Below are positions 58,904 to 64,000 of a stretch of DNA of 64,000 nt, piece after piece. A model generated the notes under the pieces. It worked only from the letters and a program-made list of their open reading frames with translations. It searched no databases and was not told the DNA's origin. Both the position numbers and the translations under genes were made by a program. Source of the DNA: Patescibacteria group bacterium (GTDB lineage Bacteria > Patescibacteriota > WWE3 > UBA101185 > UBA10185); contig JAUMAA010000004.1 of NCBI GenBank assembly GCA_032117075.1, positions 2,629 to 66,628 on the forward strand. The letters are read 5' to 3'. Numbering within the stretch: the stretch's first letter is position 1; each line of letters begins with the position of its first letter.

Positions 58904-60926
58904 TGAAATTTTAATTTACGAAAATAAAAAAGCGATTGAATGCCAGTCAAAAGTAGGAAAAGAGAAAGAAAGACTTTCGAAAAATTTTTCTAAAATTGAA
59001 AAGGATAGTCAAGAGCTACTTGCAACAATCAGAGATCAGGGTTTGTCTTATACCGACATGATGGATACTTTAAGGTCAGTTCAGCAACAGTATGACTCCC
59101 TGGATATTAAATACTTTTCTGAAAAAATGAATGAGTTTAATTACCTTATGAAGAATCCTTTTTTCGCAAGAATTGATCTTAAGCAACATGGAAAGGAAGT
59201 TATAGAAGATTTCTATATTTCAAAATTCGGTTTCTTTGAAGAAGGGAAGCCAATTTTGATTGATTGGAGAACAAAATTGGCTTCTATCTACTATAAAAAT
59301 AGATTTCCTATGAAAAACATTTCCTATGAAATTGACGGTGAGGTCTTTACATTTGATATGAGTTTAAAAAGAACATTTGAATTTGATGAAGGTAAGGTAA
59401 TTAAATATTTTAACAATGATATAGGTGTCTCAGAAACTGAAATAGTTGTGGACAAGATTAAAAATAGAACTGGTGGTGTTTTAGAGGATATTATTGAGAC
59501 TATTCAGGAATCACAAATTGATATTATTGAAGCTGATCCGAGAAGTGTTTGTATAGTTCAGGGGTGTGTTGGTTCTGGTAAATCCACTGTGGCAATTCAT
59601 AAGCTATCCCACATTTTTTTTAATTTTCCTGAGATTATCAAACCTGAAAACTCAATCCTCATCTCAAAGAGCAGAGTATTAGTAGATTATCTATCAAGTT
59701 TATTTCCAAGATTAGGTATATTCGATCTTAAATATAAAACAGTTAGGGATTTAATGTTTAAGTTATTAACTGAAAATACCCCAAAAGTTAAATTTAATCT
59801 TGATCTTAATAAGGATATTTCAGAATTACATTTAGATTTTTTCCAAACTTTAAATCAGAATATTCTTGTGATTAAAGAAAATGCCTTTAATGAAATCTCA
59901 GAATTAGTAAATTCAAAAATGTCATCAGATACTTCTTATTATAAATTTAATCATAATTTTTCAATTAAAAAACAGATAGATGAGATAATTTTAGATTTAG
60001 ATGATGCCGTAAAGTATTTGAAAGATGATATTAAAGAGTTAAAAGGTAATGACTTTGAAATTGAAAAGAAAAGATTAGCTTTACTCAGAATTCAAAATCT
60101 AAGAAAAGAGATTAAATCAATAGAAAATAATCTTTTAACTAGGGCATTTAAAGAGTTACTCAAAAGATATTCAATACCAAATGTTTTGGGATATAAGGAT
60201 GCTTTAATTTTTCTGTTTATATTTACTGAATTATATGGAATCAAAGAGGATGATATGTATGATTATTCTGTTATTGATGAAGCACAGGATTTATCTGTAC
60301 TTGAATTGGCAATTATTTCAAAATTTGTTTTCAACAATAGGTTTTGCATAATTGGTGACCTAAATCAAAATATTCATAACAACCCGTTATCGTCTTGGGA
60401 AGAAATTTATCCTATATTTAAAGGTAATAAAATTAATACTTTCCAACTAGATACTAATTACAGGTCAACTAGAAATATAATTGATTTTGCAAATAAGATT
60501 CTATTACCATTTACACAAACATACTTACCGAAATCGATTGAAAAGTTTGGTCCAGAAGTAATTGAAATTAAAATTGAAAGTGATAAAAGACTTGAAAGAT
60601 TTGCTGAAATGATAGCTGAGGACTACCAAAACTTAACTAAAAGTGTGGGAGTTATCTTTTATAATTTTGAACATGCAAGCGATTTTATTTTAAAGATAAG
60701 GGAAATTTGTACTGATACTGAAAAGTTTTCAATTCTTAGTGAGCAAGATAAGACAATTTATGCACCTAGAGTCATATATGCTACAGATTTTAATCATTGT
60801 AAGGGGTTAGAGTTTAGTAAAGTTTATCTCTTTGGATTTGAAAAGCAAGATAGAAATTTCGAAGAAGCTAAAAAATACTTCGTAGCTACTACAAGAGCTA
60901 TGAACGAGTTAGTAATATTTAATTAA
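58896..60926 (+). CDS. HelD-like SF1 helicase/ATPase
   Basis: PFFARID, IDWR, IIETIQ..Q, GCVGSGKS, DEAQD, GDLNQ, NYRST, KGLEF. Confidence 0.85.
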   Translation: MNDEILIYENKKAIECQSKVGKEKERLSKNFSKIEKDSQELLATIRDQGLSYTDMMDTLRSVQQQYDSLDIKYFSEKMNEFNYLMKNPFFARIDLKQHGKEVIEDFYISKFGFFEEGKPILIDWRTKLASIYYKNRFPMKNISYEIDGEVFTFDMSLKRTFEFDEGKVIKYFNNDIGVSETEIVVDKIKNRTGGVLEDIIETIQESQIDIIEADPRSVCIVQGCVGSGKSTVAIHKLSHIFFNFPEIIKPENSILISKSRVLVDYLSSLFPRLGIFDLKYKTVRDLMFKLLTENTPKVKFNLDLNKDISELHLDFFQTLNQNILVIKENAFNEISELVNSKMSSDTSYYKFNHNFSIKKQIDEIILDLDDAVKYLKDDIKELKGNDFEIEKKRLALLRIQNLRKEIKSIENNLLTRAFKELLKRYSIPNVLGYKDALIFLFIFTELYGIKEDDMYDYSVIDEAQDLSVLELAIISKFVFNNRFCIIGDLNQNIHNNPLSSWEEIYPIFKGNKINTFQLDTNYRSTRNIIDFANKILLPFTQTYLPKSIEKFGPEVIEIKIESDKRLERFAEMIAEDYQNLTKSVGVIFYNFEHASDFILKIREICTDTEKFSILSEQDKTIYAPRVIYATDFNHCKGLEFSKVYLFGFEKQDRNFEEAKKYFVATTRAMNELVIFN

Positions 60927-61336
60927 TAATTAACCACTATTACTGAATTTTCATTGATTATATTTTCTCTTATCAGAATAGTTTCTATTTTTTCGTTATT
61001 AATAGTAACTGAAATGTTTTTTGAATTATAAATTGATTCAATTTTATGTCCGTCTCTAATTATTCTAATTTCAATATTTTTTTCGAAAAAACCATCTAAT
61101 ATTTGGGTAAGTGATTTTTTCTCATTAAACTTAATAGTTTTTTGTGAATTATTGAAGATTATTGTGTAACTGTATTCAACAACTTCTTTTGGTTTTTCAT
61201 AATTTTTTGCAGGGATAATTTTTTGAAAGTCCAGACCTGCTCTGAAAATTCCAAAAACAATAATATAAACAATTAAAACTGCAATTATTTTGAATATGTC
61301 TTTATTTTTATCTTCTTTAAGTAGATTTTTAATCAT
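60923..61336 (-). CDS. Membrane-anchored hypothetical protein, possibly DUF4430/transcobalamin-like beta-grasp
   Basis: N-terminal TM; SLTQIL, GHKIESI, VTINN, SVIVVNY pattern. Confidence 0.45.
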   Translation of the reverse strand: MIKNLLKEDKNKDIFKIIAVLIVYIIVFGIFRAGLDFQKIIPAKNYEKPKEVVEYSYTIIFNNSQKTIKFNEKKSLTQILDGFFEKNIEIRIIRDGHKIESIYNSKNISVTINNEKIETILIRENIINENSVIVVNY

Positions 61337-61367
61337 ATATTTAATCCTTTTATGTTAAAATATTCTT

Positions 61368-62405
61368 ATGAAATTAAGAAACTTAATTTTAATAATTATA
61401 GCAGTTATTGTTACATCTTTTATAATATATAGACAATTTCAAACCCCATCAGTTAAAGTTAAAAAAATTCAAGTTAGAAATGGAGAAATTATTAGGTCAG
61501 TTAGTGCTAGTGGTTTTGTAAAATCCAATTTAGAGACCGAGATAGCATTTCCAATTTCAGGTAAGATCAACAAAATTTACTTTGAGGAAGGTCATTCCGT
61601 AGCTCAGGGCTCTCTAATTGCTAAATTAAGTAATGATGAACTCTACTACTCAGCGGAAGCTGCTAGAAAAGATAAAGATGCTACTCAAAGAACAAGAGAC
61701 ATCTACAAAGAAAATTACGAATTTGCAACAAATGAAGTTGGTGGGAAGTCTGAATATGATTTGAATGTAAGAAAACTTACAGATCAACTTAGATCTGCTG
61801 ATAATTCATATAAGGCAACTTTATCAAATCTTAACAAATCATATTTATATTCTCCAATGAACGGAACAATAGTTTACTCTAGTTTGAAAGAAGGTAAAGT
61901 TGGTGGTTCTACTACAATTGTAAAAATTGCCGATTTATCAAAGTTAGAATTTCAAGCAGATCTTGATCAAGAAGATTTCAAATTAGTTAAACCTGGTCAA
62001 ATAACTGAAATTATTTTGGATGCTTACCCTGATCAAAAATTTTTAGGTAAAGTTGTAACTATACCATCCTATGTCGATGAAGAGTCCGTTACCAAGACAT
62101 TTAAGCTTAAAATAGCTTTGGATTCTCAGGATAACAAGGTGGTAAAAGGGATGACTGGTGATGTAAATATTATTACTGATAAATCTCTTGCTAAAAGATT
62201 CCTTCCTTTTGATGCAGTATTCTCTGAAGAAGAAAAAAAATATGTATGGACTGAGGGTAATGATGGTAAATTGACTAAGGTTTTTATTGAAATTGGACTT
62301 GAAGGGGACACCTTTACTGAAGTAAAATCTGAACTTCCTGAGTTTGTAGTAATACCAGACTCATCAGCTAAAACTGTAAAGGAAGGTTACCTGGTAACCT
62401 ATTAA
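61368..62405 (+). CDS. MacA-like periplasmic adaptor (MFP)
   Basis: N-terminal TM, SGKI..EG..V..G, SPMNG lipoyl halves, GMTG. Confidence 0.9.
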   Translation: MKLRNLILIIIAVIVTSFIIYRQFQTPSVKVKKIQVRNGEIIRSVSASGFVKSNLETEIAFPISGKINKIYFEEGHSVAQGSLIAKLSNDELYYSAEAARKDKDATQRTRDIYKENYEFATNEVGGKSEYDLNVRKLTDQLRSADNSYKATLSNLNKSYLYSPMNGTIVYSSLKEGKVGGSTTIVKIADLSKLEFQADLDQEDFKLVKPGQITEIILDAYPDQKFLGKVVTIPSYVDEESVTKTFKLKIALDSQDNKVVKGMTGDVNIITDKSLAKRFLPFDAVFSEEEKKYVWTEGNDGKLTKVFIEIGLEGDTFTEVKSELPEFVVIPDSSAKTVKEGYLVTY

Positions 62406-62410
62406 TTTAA

Positions 62411-63100
62411 ATGAGATCTCCTATTCTCTCCATTAAAAATGTCTACAAAACATATTCTGTAGGTGATCAAAAAATCAATGCTTTAAATGGTGTTTCTCTC
62501 GAAATTTTTCAAGGAGACTTTGTTGCTATTGTCGGTAAATCAGGAAGTGGAAAATCTACACTCATGCATATTATCGGTCTTCTAGATACACCGACATCAG
62601 GGGATGTTGTAATAAATGGTACAAATGTCTCCAAAATGGATGAATCCTCTTTGGCTAAAATAAGAAACAAAGAAATTGGTTTTGTTTTTCAATCATTCAA
62701 TCTTTTATCAAGAGCAACTGCCTTAGAAAATGTTATGCTTCCTCTTCAATACTCTGATATACCAAAAGAAGAGTGGGAAGATAAGTCACTAAAAATGCTT
62801 TCAATGGTTGATTTACAAGAAAGGGTTTCAAATAAATCCAATGAATTATCTGGGGGTCAAAAGCAAAGAGTAGCTATTGCTAGAGCTTTAGTTACAGATC
62901 CAACTATTGTTTTAGCAGATGAACCGACTGGAAATCTTGACTCTAGGACAGGAAAGGAAATAGTGAAAAAATTCATTGAATTAAATGAATCTGGTAGAAC
63001 AATTGTTTTGGTTACTCATGATAACGATTTGGCCAAAATAGCTAAAAAGGTATTTGTACTAAGTGACGGGGAGATTGTTAAACAAAATCATGATTTTTGA
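62411..63100 (+). CDS. MacB/LolD-type ABC ATPase
   Basis: GKSGSGKS, LSGGQKQR, ADEPTGNLD, VTH. Confidence 0.95.
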   Translation: MRSPILSIKNVYKTYSVGDQKINALNGVSLEIFQGDFVAIVGKSGSGKSTLMHIIGLLDTPTSGDVVINGTNVSKMDESSLAKIRNKEIGFVFQSFNLLSRATALENVMLPLQYSDIPKEEWEDKSLKMLSMVDLQERVSNKSNELSGGQKQRVAIARALVTDPTIVLADEPTGNLDSRTGKEIVKKFIELNESGRTIVLVTHDNDLAKIAKKVFVLSDGEIVKQNHDF

Positions 63101-64000
63101 TTTAGTAAAAACATCTTTTAGATCGTTACTGTCAAATAAGACAAGAACTTTTTTGACAATGCTTGGAATAATTATTGGTGTGTTTGCGGTAATATCTTTA
63201 ATTTCTATCGGTCAAGGAATTCAAAATTATGTAACTGGGCAATTTGGTAAATTAGGTTCAGATCTAATTTTTGTCACCCCAGGTAAACTAAATTTAAGAG
63301 GGGATCCTGGTGCAAATTTTTTAGCTAATAAATTAGATGAAAAACATTATAAATTAATTGAAAATTATGCTTCTGATTATGTAAAAGAGGTAACTCCTCT
63401 TATGGAAATTGGAAAAACTATTTCTTATAAAAATAAAACTTACTATACTGAGGTTCAGGCAACAAATGAAAAAGGAGTAACTACTTATAGAATTGAATTG
63501 GACAAAGGGAGATATTTTTCTAGATCAGAAGTTAATTCAGGAAGTAAAGTAGTTATGATGGGCTCAACATCCGCTACTGAATTATTTCCTAATCAAAATC
63601 CCATTGGCAAGAATATTAAGATTGATGATAAGACCTTTACGGTGATAGGAGTTGCTATGGAAAAGGGAAGTCAGCTAGATAGAAGAGTTTATATTCCTTA
63701 TACAACTGCTAAACACTTATTTAATATTAAGAATTTCTCTGCTTTAGTCATGATTTCTCAGTCAAGTGAAAATGTTGAATCTGCAATGAAAAGAGTCGAA
63801 CTTGCTTTGAGAAGAGATTTAGATGAAGATGAATTTACGGTTATTTCCCAAAAAGACTTATTATCCTCATTTCAAAGTATTCTTGGGACTATTACTATCG
63901 GAATTGGTGCTATCGCAGCTATATCACTTTTAGTGGGTGGTATCGGAATAATGAATATTATGCTGGTAACAGTTACTGAAAGGACTCAGGAAATTGGACT
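63090..64000 (+). CDS. MacB/FtsX-type ABC permease (runs off window end)
   Basis: MIFDLVKTSFRSLLSNKTRTFLTMLGIIIGV...; ISLLVGGIGIMNIMLVTVTERTQEIG. Confidence 0.93.
   Translation, partial: MIFDLVKTSFRSLLSNKTRTFLTMLGIIIGVFAVISLISIGQGIQNYVTGQFGKLGSDLIFVTPGKLNLRGDPGANFLANKLDEKHYKLIENYASDYVKEVTPLMEIGKTISYKNKTYYTEVQATNEKGVTTYRIELDKGRYFSRSEVNSGSKVVMMGSTSATELFPNQNPIGKNIKIDDKTFTVIGVAMEKGSQLDRRVYIPYTTAKHLFNIKNFSALVMISQSSENVESAMKRVELALRRDLDEDEFTVISQKDLLSSFQSILGTITIGIGAIAAISLLVGGIGIMNIMLVTVTERTQEIG

Noticed and set aside
283-62311. Short antisense or alternate-frame ORFs in the track (e.g. 283-480, 17283-17690, 26292-26768, 39340-39660, 50408-50701, 54005-54205)
   Set aside because: They lie within or across well-supported genes and have shadow-ORF composition
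1-64000. CRISPR array, prophage, IS or integrase
   Set aside because: No regularly spaced repeats and no recombinase, transposase or phage structural motifs seen in any ORF
1-64000. Alternative genetic code (TGA=Gly as in Gracilibacteria/SR1)
   Set aside because: Conserved genes are full length in code 11 and several end at TGA (e.g. ileS, gatA, gatB)

Overview
AT-rich, densely coding chromosomal window in genetic code 11. Gene content points to a CPR/Patescibacteria genome, probably Microgenomates-group or WWE3-like; this is inferred from a short UvrC, a Klenow-only PolA, PolX-PHP, class II RNR, a reduced dcw cluster, an orphan family-5 SBP and many GT-C enzymes. In order, it holds: lexA divergent from uvrB/uvrA/uvrC with a transglutaminase gene wedged in antisense; secG-murA-like-mraY-ftsW-murG-ftsQ-ftsA-ftsZ; nrdJ; ileS; rodA; rplU-rpmA; surface-glycan genes; a 1339-aa orphan; polX; lemA-htpX-gatC-gatA-X-gatB-glf-GT2; polA; clpC; rplS; pyk; dsbA; rsmI; a HelD-like helicase; and a MacAB-like ABC system. 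Four tRNAs (Asp, Lys, Glu, His) are present. No CRISPR array, integrase or transposase was seen. The most notable signals are: (1) a window-wide leaderless and bidirectional -10-N6-ATG promoter pattern; (2) small SD-led orphan cassettes beside tRNAs that share a stop-anchored 3' element plus hairpin; (3) an R-X4-H (HEPN-like) protein inside the gat operon; (4) a 15-bp intragenic inverted repeat whose inversion keeps the reading frame open; (5) degenerate MurA and HrcA pseudo-proteins; (6) a possible transcobalamin-like domain protein accompanying a B12-dependent RNR. All annotations come from motif recognition by eye; no database searches were run.
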